Part shown: in pieces, positions 38,900 through 56,469 of the stretch
Position numbering within the stretch: position 1 is the stretch's first letter
How the letters are laid out: each line of letters opens with the position of its first letter
Assembly (NCBI RefSeq): GCF_006345805.1
Contig: NW_021832437.1
Coordinates: forward strand, 2,461-66,460
Direction of reading: 5' to 3'
DNA length: 64,000 nucleotides
Source of the DNA: Octopus sinensis
Lineage: Eukaryota
Program-made: the position numbers and the translations under genes
Notes under the pieces: generated by a model
What the model was told of the DNA's origin: nothing
The model's input: only the letters and a program-made list of their open reading frames with translations
Databases searched by the model: none

Positions 38900-39085
38900 T
38901 TTCTACTACAGGCATAAAGCCTGAAATTTAGTGGGAGTGAGGCCAGTATACAACTGGTACTTAATTTATCGTCCACAATTAGATGAAAGGCAAAGTCGAC
39001 CCCGGCGGAATTCGAACTCAGAACGTAACAACGAGCGAAATACCGCTAAGCATTTCGCCAAGCGTTCTAACGATTCTGCAGTCTG
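38900..39085 (-). mobile_element. tRNA-derived SINE
   Basis: aaaggcaaagtcgaccccggcggaattcgaactcag; same family as 640-825. Confidence 0.85.
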
Positions 39086-39134
39086 AAAGAATAATAATAA
39101 CAATTATATATATATATATATATATAGTAATGAT

Positions 39135-39544
<410 letters not shown>

Positions 39545-39551
39545 GTGTGTA

Positions 39552-39930
39552 TACTAGCAGTATCGCCCGGCGTTGCTCAGGTTTGTAAGGGAAATAACTA
39601 TAAAGCATTTTAGAGAGTTATAGCCAAAAAATAGCCAAAAAATGGAAAAAAAGATGTTAAATTTTTTTTTTGTGATTAAAAAAGGTGGTGTTGCGTCCCC
39701 TAGACAGTTTTTCGTTTGTGTTTCTGATTCTCAACCCCATGTCGAATTTATCGATTTTTATCAGAACTGGGGGAACTTTTCAAAATTTTCCCTGCGTTAG
39801 TTTTGAATTATGACATTGGGCTATGTGTGTGTCAAGTTTCATCAGAATCGGTTGAAAGCCGTGGTCAGGGTGAGGGTACAAGCAAACAGACACACAGAAA
39901 CACGCACAGACAAACTGCCGTTTATATATA
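39552..39930 (+). mobile_element. Helentron/Helitron-type non-autonomous element (DINE-1/Lep1-like layout)
   Basis: Starts actagcagtatcgcccggcgttgc; ends (ACAG)-rich..gccgtttatatata; embedded in (AT)n. Confidence 0.6.
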
Positions 39931-40029
39931 TATATATAATATATATATATATATAATATATTATAAATATATAATAATAATATGTATGTATAGTAGTAAT
40001 AACAATAATATATATATGTATGTTCGACG

Positions 40030-40230
40030 GGTCGTGTTCTGTCCTTACCTTCGAAACATGCATTGAGTCGAACCAGGGACAGCTGATGAAAGGGAATACT
40101 CCTTGTATTGTTTGTCTTGTACTCTGATTTTTCGTTGTTAAAAAAAGTCCGTTTCCTAGTTTGTTTTTATGTTTTCGTTTCTCGTTGAGTTCTACGTTTA
40201 TTTGTGGTGTCCTGTACTCATATATATATA
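40030..40230. repeat. Dispersed repeat, homologous to 54190-54400
   Basis: Shared ccttcgaaac..ctga(t/a)gaa..gtcctgtac blocks. Confidence 0.65.
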
Positions 40231-40248
40231 TATATTATATATATATGT

Positions 40249-40309
<61 letters not shown>

Positions 40310-40345
40310 CACACATATATGTATGTATGCATATATTTTATTTAT

Positions 40346-40428
<83 letters not shown>

Positions 40429-41814
40429 ACACACATATATATACACATCGACAAGTAACAAAGATGTCCAGATGTCAATTTATTACGACTGTTTCAAGCA
40501 GTTCCTTTAATTGATTAAGGAAAACACTACATCAATCGGAAAGAAGCCGTTCTCGTTAGGTGAGCGTATAAACTTCAAACTTAAGGATGTAACCATTTAA
40601 AAAACATATTTACATTAATAATGGAACTCAAAATATTTACATTGTTTCTTTTGTCATATCTGTGGCAGAATGAATTTAGAAAACAATGCATATCACGCCA
40701 AGCTTACTATAATTTAGAGAGTAGCAGAGGAAATAGTAGGGCTCAGGATAAAATGAGTGGTGATCTAGTTACTTATATTTCGAAGACATTATATAGAATT
40801 TAGTCTTCAAACATTTAGAATAAATTCTATTGAGTGCTGACGACTGTATTCTTATTGATGGCGATAAATCAATTACTGTCAGACGATCTACTAGACTCTC
40901 AATGTCCTGGAACCATATATCTAGCTTTATCTACACAGAAGTGTAGGTTGTAGGTTAGTAGAAATGGGAAGGGGTGATAGATGGAAGAAAGAATGATAGG
41001 GGCGGCCAGTACTTATTTGTAGGATTAAATTAAATGAGGATATAATGAAAAACTAAAAGAGATAAGTAATATAAACTTTAGGGGTGGAAATTAGAATTGA
41101 AGGATACGGGAGGTAGTAATTTATATCATAGCAAATTTATATTAAATTAATATAAATTAATTTAAATCAATATATAAAATAAGGATAGAAATTAAATTTA
41201 AAACTTAATAATAGGATACTTTAATATATAAGAAAAGACTACTAAGACTTTTTCTAAGCATAGTGTTTAGAAGGTCATAGAAAAACCTTAACCAGTTTTG
41301 GTATATAGACAATGAATATTTTATATGATTAAAAAATTTACTAAAATAAGGATTTCCGTATCTAGTAAATTATATAAAAAAGATCTTATAAATTGTCAAA
41401 AATAATTTATAAAATATAAACACTAAGAAAGTATATGAAAGGATATACAAAGGTATAAAAACGTCAAATACAAATATAAAAATTTATAAAACATGTGTGA
41501 TTACTATATTAAAAAAATATATATAGCATTAAGTGTAATTACAATATAAAAAATATATTGTATACAGTGAGTTTTATGAGTTTGATGAAAAGGAATTATA
41601 AACTGCAAAACCCTTTATAAGATATAGAAGCTATACAAATGTATAAAAGGGTATATAAATACATAAAAATTTAATAATATAAAATATAAAAAATATAGAA
41701 ATTTTATAAACATTTTACAAAAATTTAATAAAAATTTTATGAAATATTTCCTTACAGAATGATAGATAAGGATAAATTAAAATGAAATAAGGATTATTTT
41801 ATAAATTATAATAT

Positions 41815-42448
41815 GGATCTTTTCCTTTTGAATGGCTGACAATTTCTAGTTAACTAAACACTTTAAAACTTCGTATACTGGTAGAATGTGTTAACACAAA
41901 AGATTTTTTCTCTTGACTTTCTTGAGAAAATTGTAATTTATTTGTTTAACGTAGTTTAATTTTTCGAATTTTAACCAATCCTATGCTCCCTTTTGAGCTA
42001 AAATCATTTGCTGCGTCTAAAACTGAGACAACATCCTGTAACTAACCCTAAACCTCCCCCCTAACCCTAAATTTCTTTTTCTTAATTCATTCTTAAATTA
42101 ATTTAATTGTTACGCGTGTAAAAAAAAAACTAAAGCAATAGAATTAAATTAATTTAACAATTAAGAAAAAACAATTTAAGGTTAGGAGGGAGGTTTAGGG
42201 TTAGTTACAGGATGTTGTCTCAGTTTTAGACGCAGCAAATGATTTTAGTTGAATGGAGGTAATCGATTGGTTAAAATTGCCGAAATGCTCGGATTTTCAG
42301 ACGAAATATCTTGCAAACTATAGAATTTTCTCAATAAAACCAAGAGAAAATGATGTTTTATAAACACATTCTACCAGTATACGAAGTTTAAAAGTGTTTA
42401 GTTAACTAAAAATTGTGTTGACATCTGCCGTTCAAAAGGAAAAGATCC
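41815..42448. mobile_element. 634-bp foldback/MITE with ~290-bp imperfect TIRs containing TTAGGG units
   Basis: ggatcttttccttttgaatggc ... gccgttcaaaaggaaaagatcc; arms pair along most of their length. Confidence 0.88.
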
Positions 42449-42569
42449 TATAATATAAATTATATTGGAATATCGAAAAGAATTCTTAGACATGTTATTA
42501 TTATTAATTCAGTATAAAATAAAATTGTATGTGTAAAATATTAACGGAAATGAAAAATAAAGCTACCTT

Positions 42570-44845
42570 AGAGTATCATGTGTTTATGAGATTAACCCGT
42601 AGTTTGAAGTACATTAGAAACAGGTAATAATAAGGATTTGGTAGCATTTTGGTAGCATGAGTTATCCGGGATATCATATCAATCATAGCGTACACTCTGT
42701 TATCTCAAAATCTATTCAACATTGTTTTTCTAATAACCTTTATCCCCTTTGATATATAAACCTGCAATAATTAAATCGTATATTTACCACTTCAGTATAA
42801 ATTTTAATCAGTATAAATTTTACAATATGTTACTAACTATCGCACATCCCCTGAGTATAAGGTACACGCCCTAAGAACAGGGTTTTCGTTATGGTCTAAA
42901 GTTTTGGGTTCGATGCTGCAGCTATGTATGTGTTGGGCGCTCGTGTATTCAGAATTGTTTCGGTGTATATTTTGATAATAGAGAGAAAATTTTCGTCTAT
43001 CAGAGGCTGTTACGATAGACTCAAAGTTGGGCGGGGAAGAGTAGAATAGCTTTAGGGTAGATCTATTAAAAATAGAGTAATATTTATGCTGACGAGGGAA
43101 GTTGGAGTTTAAAATATTAAAACAGGATTTGGCTAAGTTCTTAACATTTAGTGAGAAGGGAGGTGTATACCATAGAATAGAGTGTCTACCGCTTCGTTTT
43201 GGTTGCTTAGGGATAGTATGATCTGTATTTTTAGAAATTAGAGTGAGTTATATGGCCCGTTATTGTTAGCTTTTGACCTAATGTTATATGTGTACGTATG
43301 GGGTCTAAGCTGTCTTAATCTGTGTACTTCTGGGATTCTAGTATAGTACACGAATGGTCTGCTATGGTTATGGTGGTTAGCATGTGTTGATATGACTTGG
43401 GATATATGTTGCTTGAGCTTAGTATTAGACGTTAATTTTATTTGTTGGGAGAAGCCGCTGGCTGCGAGTGCTTGGTTGCAATAAGGCACGTGGTTATTGA
43501 ATATTTCTTCAGTGTCTGAGAGGCTAGATATACGAATTGAGATATCCTTAACTATATTATCAAAGGTGGATTTGTGGTGACTGGAATTAATGTTTAAGTA
43601 CCCATGGTACTGGTTGAGTTTATGATATGGGGAGTATTGGGAGGTTTCTAAGTTTAAAGTTACGTCTAAAAAATTAGCGGTTTTATGGGAATTCTCAAAA
43701 GTAAAGTATAGGTTGAGATTGGACAAAAATTTGTACAGGTCTTTCCTACTTCGTTCTTAGGAGGATTTATTACCACCCTTGGTGATTAGCAAAGCGTCAT
43801 CTCTGTATAGGCTTCCCTTGATATTAGGGAAATGTGTTCGGAGCTGATGGAGTGAGTATAGTTCAATGAGGTCCGTGACCTGGGAAGAGTCGGATGATAC
43901 CATAGTAATGTCAAAGCATTTGCTATAGTTATTGTTAGTGTTATAGTGGTTGGCCCGGCACCAGAATTAGTCCTCGAAATGAATAAGAGATTTTCAGGTA
44001 TTAAGAATTATGTTAATTTCTAGTGGGGTTAGGTTAGTTAGATGCCTGGCTAGAAGGAGGGCTTGATTTAGAAGTTTTGGAGAAATAAATGAATAGTAAT
44101 TATTTATATTGAATTTTGTGAATGAAGACAAATTAAGAAATGGAACCATATTATGACTTTACCTGTACTGGACCATAGGTTGACGTTTAATTACTCCTTG
44201 TTAATTGGTATTATTTTATCCAGAATGTTCTTGCTTATTCTTCCCAGGTAAGATTTGGTAGGGCATATAAGGCGTATAGATGGTTTGGTTATGAAGTCTT
44301 TCTTTTGATCCTTAAGGTTGAAGTGTAGAGATGTAGCGCAGTAGGGTTCTGTGCGATCGTCCACGTGTAGTTTGTTCATTATCTTGCATTGGCTGGTATT
44401 GATAATGTCATGGGCAGACGTCGGGACCAATTTATATGATTTGTATAGTTTTTTTTTGAAGAACGTGATGTATTCCTCGATAGTAATAGAATACATGTTT
44501 CCCGTTTTATCTGAGAAGACGCGTAATTTAGGTGATGAAGTGATCCGTTTTATAGTTTGGGTTAGTTTTTTTTGAAAGGGGATTTATAGTTAGGGAATTT
44601 AATGTTCCTTATCATATGAAGTTTATCTGCTTCGAATTTGTCGAGTTGGGGATTTTGTGGAATATTTTTATAGGATCGAACATTGTTTGTATTGGTGCTA
44701 TTATCACTCCGGTTGTTACCGTTGTTGTGGAAGGTTTTCCACCACATTCTTCGGATGAAGTCCTTAGTGTTGATGAGTAAGAGTAAGCCAAAAGGTTTTG
44801 CGTGAAGGAATAGGTATGTCCTTAAGGGAAATGTCAAGGAATTAT
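42570..44845 (-). mobile_element. Penelope-like element, near full length but decayed
   Basis: FIRRMWWK..FEAD, LKDQK..PSIRLICPTK..ISKNIL, FLDVTLNL..YLNINSSH, decayed GIY-YIG toward 42600. Confidence 0.88.
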
Positions 44846-44849
44846 TCTT

Positions 44850-45082
44850 TTACTTTTTTCAGTCATGTGACTGTGGCCATGCTGGAGCACCGCCTTAAGT
44901 CGAGCAAATCGACCCCAGGACTTATTCTTTGTAAGCCTAGTACTTATTCTATCGGTCTCCTTTGCAGAACCGCTAAATTACTGGGACGTAAACACACCAG
45001 CACCGGTTGTCAAGCGATGTTGGGGGGACAAACACAGACACACAAACATACATATACACACACACATACGCACACACACACA

Positions 45083-45130
<48 letters not shown>

Positions 45131-45285
45131 CGTATATACGACGGGATTCTTTCAGTTTCCGTCTACCAAATCCACTCACAAGGCTTTGGTCGGCCCGAGG
45201 CTATAGTAAAAGACAGTTGCCCAAGGTGCCACGCAGTGGGACTGAACCCGGAACTATGTGGTTCGTAAGCAAGCTACTTACCACA
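44850..45285 (-). mobile_element. Full-length tRNA-derived CORE-like SINE with internal (CA)n
   Basis: Minus-strand head tgtggtaagtagc..gggttcagtcccac, ggcaccttgggcaa core; its 3' part recurs at 62985-63160. Confidence 0.88.
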
Positions 45286-45333
45286 AGCATTACTTGTAAT
45301 AAGTGCTTGTATAACCAAAGAAGCAATAATATC

Positions 45334-46272
<939 letters not shown>

Positions 46273-46379
46273 GTGTGTGTGTGTGGTGTGTGTGTGCGTG
46301 TGTGTGTGCTTGTGTGTGTAACCTTGATAACTTTGATTGGTTTTGATCAGTTTTGGCTCAAGTCATGTCTAACTTAATA

Positions 46380-47815
46380 GCACCACCTGGTGAAGTCTTT
46401 TAGTTACACATGGGGCACCATGGCCTACTATAGCAAAGAGTTATTATTTGTTGGAGACATATCCGGGTGTAGAAGGTTGGTCCGGGATTTTTTGAAGAAA
46501 TTTGTCCAGTGAACATTTGGATTTTATGGGATCAGTTTCCGTTGTGACGTATTTTGATTTGGTGTTAAAGAAAGCTGGACCAGTTGAGGTAAAGTAGTTG
46601 TGACGTAATGTTGTTATGTATCCCGAGTTCGATTTTTGAATTGGTCGGTTAGCACGGGGGCCAAGTCTCGGGCGAATTTTGAAATTGATGCTAACATAAT
46701 TTGTGCAAAATCAATGGAATATTTTCCACATCACGCAAATGATGTAGCGCTCCCGGCGGCCTTGGAAGGAGTAGCGATTGAGTTTTTTAGTCGACCTCAA
46801 TAGTCAATCCCTATGGTACTGTCTATATTTCTTGTTATTGACTTCTGGAGTGCTTTCACTTTCATAGTGAGTTGTTTCGTGTGGGGAGACCACTGTAGGC
46901 AACAATATTAAAGGTGGGGTCGGGCAAAAGTAGAGTAGAGAAGGATGAAGGTGTGGGCATGTCTAGATCGGAAAATTCTCGGGATGCAGGAGCACATCTT
47001 GTGGGCAAAGTGAACCTTGCTATTTACGTGGGAAGTCCAGCTTAGATTGTTATCCACAATTTCTCCAAGGTCTCTGGTGTTGACACTAGGAAGTCGACCA
47101 AGGAACGGTATATAGTAATTTCAGAGTATCCTCTTTTCCAAAGTGGACCAAATTATATTTATATTCATTTAGAAGCATATTGTTCTTTTCCACCCATTGG
47201 ACAACAACAGACAAATCCGACTGAAGGTATGTTCGGTCTCCCATACCGTTTATCGCCTTCTGGAGTTTCCAATCAACTGCAATGATTTTCAGTGTTGAAT
47301 GTTTGATGATGCCTGCTGTCTTTGATGTAGATAGTGAAGAGGAGTGTGCTCAGCACAGTACCTTGTGGGGCACCACTAATGACTTTGGCTGAGCTTGATC
47401 GGATTCCTTCAAACACAAAATGTCAGGTTTTGTTTGTCAGGAAACACTTTATCCACTGCGGCAGCTTACCACAGACTCCAATAGTGGACAATTTCTTCAG
47501 CAGGATTTTGTGGTCCACTCTGTCAAATGCCTTGCTGAAATCAAGGTATATGATATCAGTGTTGGAGCCTTCACCCAAAGCTTTTAAAATGTCATCAAAA
47601 TAGTGCAGAAGCTGCCATCACGGAAGCCATGCTGGTTGGGTTCAGCAGATTGTTGTCTTCGTGGAAGTGAGTTATTCGCAATCTCACCACCCTCTCAAAT
47701 ACTTTAATGGTATGAGAAGTGAGTGAAATCGGACGGTAGTTCGCTACAAGAGATTTATTTTCCTTTGTGAAAACTGGAACGACAGACTGGGAAAGAAAAT
47801 GATCAGGAGTGTAGC
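46380..47815 (-). mobile_element. CR1/Jockey-group LINE, decayed RT through 3' end
   Basis: NYRPISLTSH, IYLDFSKAFDRVDH, GAPQGTVL, LDKFLQKIPDQP..PGY. Confidence 0.85.
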
Positions 47816-47979
47816 TTACGTCAAGTGAGTTGCTCCATATATATGTATAATATATACATATATATATAGTCTGAAATTTATAGTGTTAATTGTCTATTAT
47901 GGATGGTACATTACTCAAAGAAATACCAACTTTGTCTGATTTTCACGCTCTATTTACAATCTTAAAAAGATATAATATA

Positions 47980-50800
<2,821 letters not shown>

Positions 50801-51024
50801 ACCTACTATGTAGATAGCGAACGATTCGACCTCAGGCTGAATGCGAACTCAACAAACGATCGTTATGTGTATTTTCAAAATCATGCTGTAGTGCAGTCAA
50901 ATTCGAGTTTTTCGCTTTTTCTTCCTCGTTTTTTGTCCGACTATGACATGTGCACACTCTCGCTAACTGAAAGCTTCATATCATGTGCCTGCTGTTCGTT
51001 TCTGATGTTTCAATAAAAAGTTCT

Positions 51025-51440
51025 TACTTAGTTAGTTAGTTAATTTTTTGGCTCAAAAAGCAAAAAGCAAGGCCATGTAGGGGGACATGGAGTTATGTGC
51101 AGGGTGGTGTTCATGTAAAGAGTTCAGGCCACTTGTGGTCAAGGGAGACTTTGAACCGAGCGGTCGTCGGCATCTTCACTATCTCGTCCGGCAGCTTATT
51201 CCACGGATCCGCAACCCGGATGGAGAAAGCCCCTCTCCTTCGATTGAGATGAAATCGTCGCAGATAGAGCTTTTTCGGAGTGACCCCACAGCCGACGCTC
51301 TGGAGCAGGAGAGAAGAACAGCTCTTTCGAGAGGTTACACTTTCCGCTTATGACGTTGTGAGCAAGAATGAGATCACCACGGCGTCGTCGTTTTTCTAGA
51401 GAATAAAGGTCGAGCGTCTTTAAGGTAGTGCAGAAACACT
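51025..51440 (-). mobile_element. Second CR1-group LINE, 3' terminal fragment with (CTAA)n tail
   Basis: LYSLEKRRRRGDLI..GHSEKL..FSIRVADPWNKLP..FKVSLDHKWPELFT* (stop at 51111). Confidence 0.88.
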
Positions 51441-52589
51441 GTATTACTCGTGAGTTCTAGCCTTGAATTATCTTAGGTACCGGTGTGCTTCTATTTGTTT
51501 AGCTATAAAATGGGGTAAGAACAAAACTCAGGCTTTTTACAGATAAAGATTGCTTCATTTTGTGCTAAATTCCTTTCTTTGTTCTCGGAAATTATGTTCG
51601 CCTTTCCATCGCATTTTTTAACGCGTTTAACTGAGCCTCTGCAGATTCTGAGCTCACCCAGAGGTGCAGCTGCACTGGGTAATTAATCATCGCAAATTTG
51701 GCGGCTTTGTTGAAGATGAAGGGGGAGCATGTTAGAAAATCGATAAAGACCACCATGAAAGCAAACCTTCACAAACAAAATGAAATGAATAATCAGGGCT
51801 GACAAAGTTTTCAAATTTCCTGGTAAGCGGAAAAATGTGACTGAGAATTAATTAGCATCTCAGTTTTCACTCGTATCTCAAAACACAAAAGCATGAAATT
51901 TCGCTTAAGAAAATCTTTGTATCTTAGTTCATTCATACCTCAAGTTAGGGCTAAAAGAAAAGGTTGCAGTCAATTTAAATGCGGAAACCTGCAAGGAATA
52001 GTTTTATTGAGTTTCCACTGATTGATTGGCAATTTTGTTAAACTCGAATCAAATTAAGATTTCTTGCACCAAAAGGATCACTCTGATAACCCTATGCCCC
52101 TGCTGTGTAGGTAGCAAATGATTCGATCTAAGGCTGAATGCAAACAAATAAACGTTTTTTTAATGAAAATCCCTTGGGTGGGGATCAACTTACCCATTTT
52201 AATTTTTAATCCTACTTGAATAAAACATCCTGGGCTCTGGCTGGATAACTTAAATCAACCGAATGCATAAAAGTAAAGCCCTTCCTAAACAGATTCATTG
52301 AATAGGCTCCAACTCTTTTATGGCATACTTAAGGAATGATAGCATATCAAGTATATTTGGTCTTTCATGAAAATCCTGCTCTCTTGTCATTCACTTGGTC
52401 TAACTCGTTAATTATTCCCTGCATTTCTCAAATCAAAAAAGCGTGCACCTTTGGAAGCCAAAACACATGATAACGCGTCTTCGCAAAACACAAAAATGCG
52501 CTGATTCAGACAGACTGTCTGCAAATGCGCACGCGCAATCAACTGTCAAGGGTAAAATTATCTCCGTTCAATCAAAAAACAGCTGGCAG

Positions 52590-52880
52590 TCTATTGGCGT
52601 ATCTAGCTGTACGCACGCACCGCGTACAAATTTCTATGTTTTAGCGATTTTGAATGGATATGTCCATAACTGATGGGCATAAGGGGTCGCTTTATAGATT
52701 TTTAAAAGGCTTTCTGGGGTTACTGGGGAAATGAAAAGATCTTCACGACCACCCTCAGACAGTTTTAAAAGCCCATAGAAAATGCGAGCCGTTTACGTGA
52801 AAAACTGTGGATTTGTATAAAGGACATACAGACACACAGACACATAGATACACAGACATTTTGCCGTTTATAGATATAGA
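52590..52880 (+). mobile_element. Possible Helentron-type non-autonomous element 3' end
   Basis: Ends (ACAG/ACAC)-rich..gccgtttatagatatagagat, like 39900-39930. Confidence 0.4.
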
Positions 52881-53104
52881 GATATAACATAATATAATAT
52901 AATATAATATAATATAATATAATATAATATAATATAATATAATATAATATAATATGAGATAATATAATATATTATCTTATATTATTATAAGATTGTGAAT
53001 AAAACGTGAAAACCAGACACTTGGAATTTCTTTGAATAATACATTCTTCTATACACAATCATGCATACCCGTGTATATATATATATATATATATATATAC
53101 ACAA

Positions 53105-53207
<103 letters not shown>

Positions 53208-53268
53208 CGTTAGTCCATGTATGTATGCATGTATAGAGTGCCTGAAGTGGTGCACAGATGTTGTATAC

Positions 53269-53973
53269 TGAGAAAAAGGAGGCAGTCAGAATCTTTTAAT
53301 AACCCTTTATTAGAGCTTTCGCACATTTACGAACTCGTCAAGACGAAATCAAAATCAAAAGGCTAAATAGAAAGATAGAGGGAGAGAGGGAGAGAGAGAG
53401 AGAGAGGGGGGAGAGAGGGAGAGAGGGAGAGAGAGAGAGAGAAAGAGAGAGGGAAGTTTATTTCCAATTTGATGTTGTCCTTTCTTTGAAATTTCATTTC
53501 GTTTTTTCTTTCTCTTTTCTTTTTTTCTTTCTACATTGTATACCCATCAACGTATTTGTAAATAAGTACATTTTCTCACAAGTACTGGTGACCTTTCAAA
53601 GGTGTCAATTTTAGGAAGTAAGATGGAAGAAATAAGAAAAGGGGGAAAATATTAGTGTATGTCCGTTTTTTTGTAAAACATGTCTGTTGTGACTGTAAAG
53701 TGGTGTATTTTTATGTAGATATCCAGGAATGGTAATTCATTGCAACTGGATTCTGTCATGAATTTGGTAGATGGATGAAGTTGAGTATATTATTAAATGC
53801 TTGTAGGTCCTCATTTGATTTATCCCAAAAGATGAAGCAATCATTGCAGAAGCGTTTCCACTTTTTAAACGTTCTGTTTTCACCATTTTGATTTTGATTT
53901 TGTCTTGAGTTCGTAAACGAACGAAAGCGCTAATAAAGGGTTATCCAAAATTCTGACTGCTTCCTTTTTCTCA
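53269..53973 (-). mobile_element. Penelope-like RT fragment bracketed by inverted ~90-bp terminal repeats
   Basis: Minus strand KWKRFCNDCFIFW..ELPFLDIYI..TTDMFYK at 53650-53880; IRs at 53269-53360 and 53886-53973. Confidence 0.82.
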
Positions 53974-54458
53974 ATGTATATATATATCGTAAAAATTTTA
54001 ATCTCGTTTGGCTTAACAGCCCTTCTTGTTTGTGCTACTGTTAGTCTCCTTGTCCTGTCTTTTACTGTTTATATTTTGTACTGTCGTTACTGTCCTGTTT
54101 TTGTTACCATTTTTACCCCTCCGCAAAAAAATCTCAAATTTTATTTAATTTGATTTTCGCGGGAAGGATTGTTTTATTAAAGCCATGTATCGCCTTGACC
54201 TTCGAAACGTGGTGTAGATGAAACAAAGGCGACTGAAGAAGGGGAATTTTCCTTGTTTTGTATGTCCTGTACTCTATTTTTTCGTTGTTTAAGAAAAATG
54301 TCCATTTCCTTAGTTTTGTGTTTATGTTTTCGTTTCTCATCGTGTTCGACGATTTTTGGTGTCCTGTACCCATATATGCATGTATATATACATGTAGAGG
54401 TAGGTACGTACATATATGTATGTATATATACATATGTTTTATTTATTTATTAATTTAT

Positions 54459-54510
<52 letters not shown>

Positions 54511-54879
54511 TGTATGTATACACTTCAATTAAAGGTTGTGTTATCCTCATGAAGGGATGGTTCGATCCAAAGAAATACTGGTTCAATACCTGGTAATTTG
54601 GGGGGAATTAATTTCCTTAATATAATACATATAATACATATATACATATAACAGCATATAGTTTATAATCATATAAAAGAGGGCAAAGAAAATAGAGATT
54701 AGGAAGTTAATAATTGTTTACTAATCATCTTTACTTACAGCTGTTTCAATTAATACCCAAGAAATATTAAGTAAATATTAGATTTATATTTATATGACCT
54801 GAGCATAATATCTTCAAAGGGGTAAAATATAGCCTTGGATGTTTTATATGAGTTTGTGGATTCATTATAACAGACTGAA

Positions 54880-55110
54880 TAACTCTTAATTTATCGATCC
54901 CAAAAGGATGAAAGGCAAAGTCGACTTCGGCGGAATTTGAATGATGGGCGAAACATTTTCTGGGCTAAACATGGGCTAAACATTTTCTCGGCGTGCTAAC
55001 TATTCGTTCAGCTCGCTGCCATAATAATTATAATAATAATACTTTCTACTATAGGCACAAGGCCTGGAATTTGTGGAGAGGGGACAGTCAATTACATCGA
55101 CCCCAGTACT
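54880..55110 (-). mobile_element. Two tRNA-derived SINE pieces
   Basis: aaaggatgaaaggcaaagtcgacttcggcgg; and ctttctactataggcacaaggcc 3' end. Confidence 0.78.
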
Positions 55111-56410
55111 ACACTCTTATATATATTATTATTTGAGCTCGACCCAATCTTTTGTTATATAATTGCTTGACCAATTATACAACGCGGCTCTGTTGCCTCT
55201 ATTTCTTTCTCTTGTAGTGATTATATTATATTAGCGTGTATTATGAATTCTTGTATTCCTTGTGCAAAATAAAAGAACATTTAAAAGAAAATTTGTATTT
55301 TTTAAAAAAGTACTAATTATAATTATGCTGATAAGTGGAATACTCTTAGTGATACTACAATCACTTCTTATAAAACCAATTTTTCTTCCAAAATGATAAA
55401 CATTGTTACTTCGGTTTTTTTGAAAACATTTAATTGAAATGAAATATCAGGCCTAAATGATAATTATAAAATAAAAATTAAAAACCAGTGGTGGCCTTTC
55501 CGCTATAAAAACTAGCAATTACGTCAACGTTGTATATGGGTGAACCAGAAATTGAGCTATCGATGCTAGAATGATAATCTCAATAATAAATGATATAATA
55601 TAATCTTAAAGAACAAGAAAAATAAACGGAAAAAATTTCTTGTTTTTCAGAAAAAGTTTTCAACAAAAACGTTCAAACTTATTTTTCTTTAAAAATTTGT
55701 TGATTTACAGAAAAAAGGTTTAATAATATGTTGAGCCTTCAAAATAAAAAAAATAATAATAGGCATTTTGTTGCACTTTTGAAATGCTCATCTCATTAGC
55801 AAATGCATTTTATTTTAAAGGTGGGTAGGACACCACCACTTCATTCCCATTTTATTAAAGTAAGATTAGCTATATCATTACTTTTAGAAGCATTTAATGG
55901 GGATTAATGACGGAAGGAGGCGTATAATGGAATGAAGGAGAGGAGAGAAAAAGGAGGGGAGGAGGAGAGGAGAAACATGAAATAAAGCTAAGTCTAAGAA
56001 CATGGATAATGAGCTATTCGAAGAGAAAAGATGGAAGGAGGTGAAGGATGGAATGAAGAAGAGAAAAGGGAAAGAAGAAAGAAGAGAGGAAATAAAAAGA
56101 GGAAGAGAGAGAGAGAGAGGGAGAGAGAGATAGAGAAGAAGCACGGAAAAAAGACAGGTCTGGGAAGAAGGATAATGTAACAAATGAAGATGAAGAGAAA
56201 GGATTGAAAATGGAACGAAGGAGAGAAAAGGAAAAGAAAGAGGAGGAAGAAAAGAGTTTATTACTAAAACTATTATTTTTTTCAAGATAAATATGAACAA
56301 GCACTCAGTTAGTTTCGACGACGAGGGTTCGATCAACGGAACAACCATCTCGTGATATTAATATGCAAAGAAATACATTGATTTACAATATATTTATGTG
56401 CATGCATGCA

Positions 56411-56444
<34 letters not shown>

Positions 56445-56469
56445 CATACATATATACATACATGCACAC

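Noticed and set aside
40049-40095. Type-II hammerhead (GAAAC before CTGATGA), also at 54200-54243 and 12382-12430
   Set aside because: Core words are present but stems I and II do not pair consistently between copies; a family consensus would be needed.
40621-40803. Short ORF with a signal-peptide-like start (MELKIFTLFLLSYLW)
   Set aside because: No suitable splice donor, no recognisable family; expected by chance in T-rich DNA.
55486-55841. MITE with AGTGGTGG ends
   Set aside because: The terminal match is only about 8 of 10 bases and there is no TSD.
55884-56348. 154-aa Leu/Ser/Phe-rich ORF
   Set aside because: Translation of a purine/pyrimidine-biased low-complexity tract.
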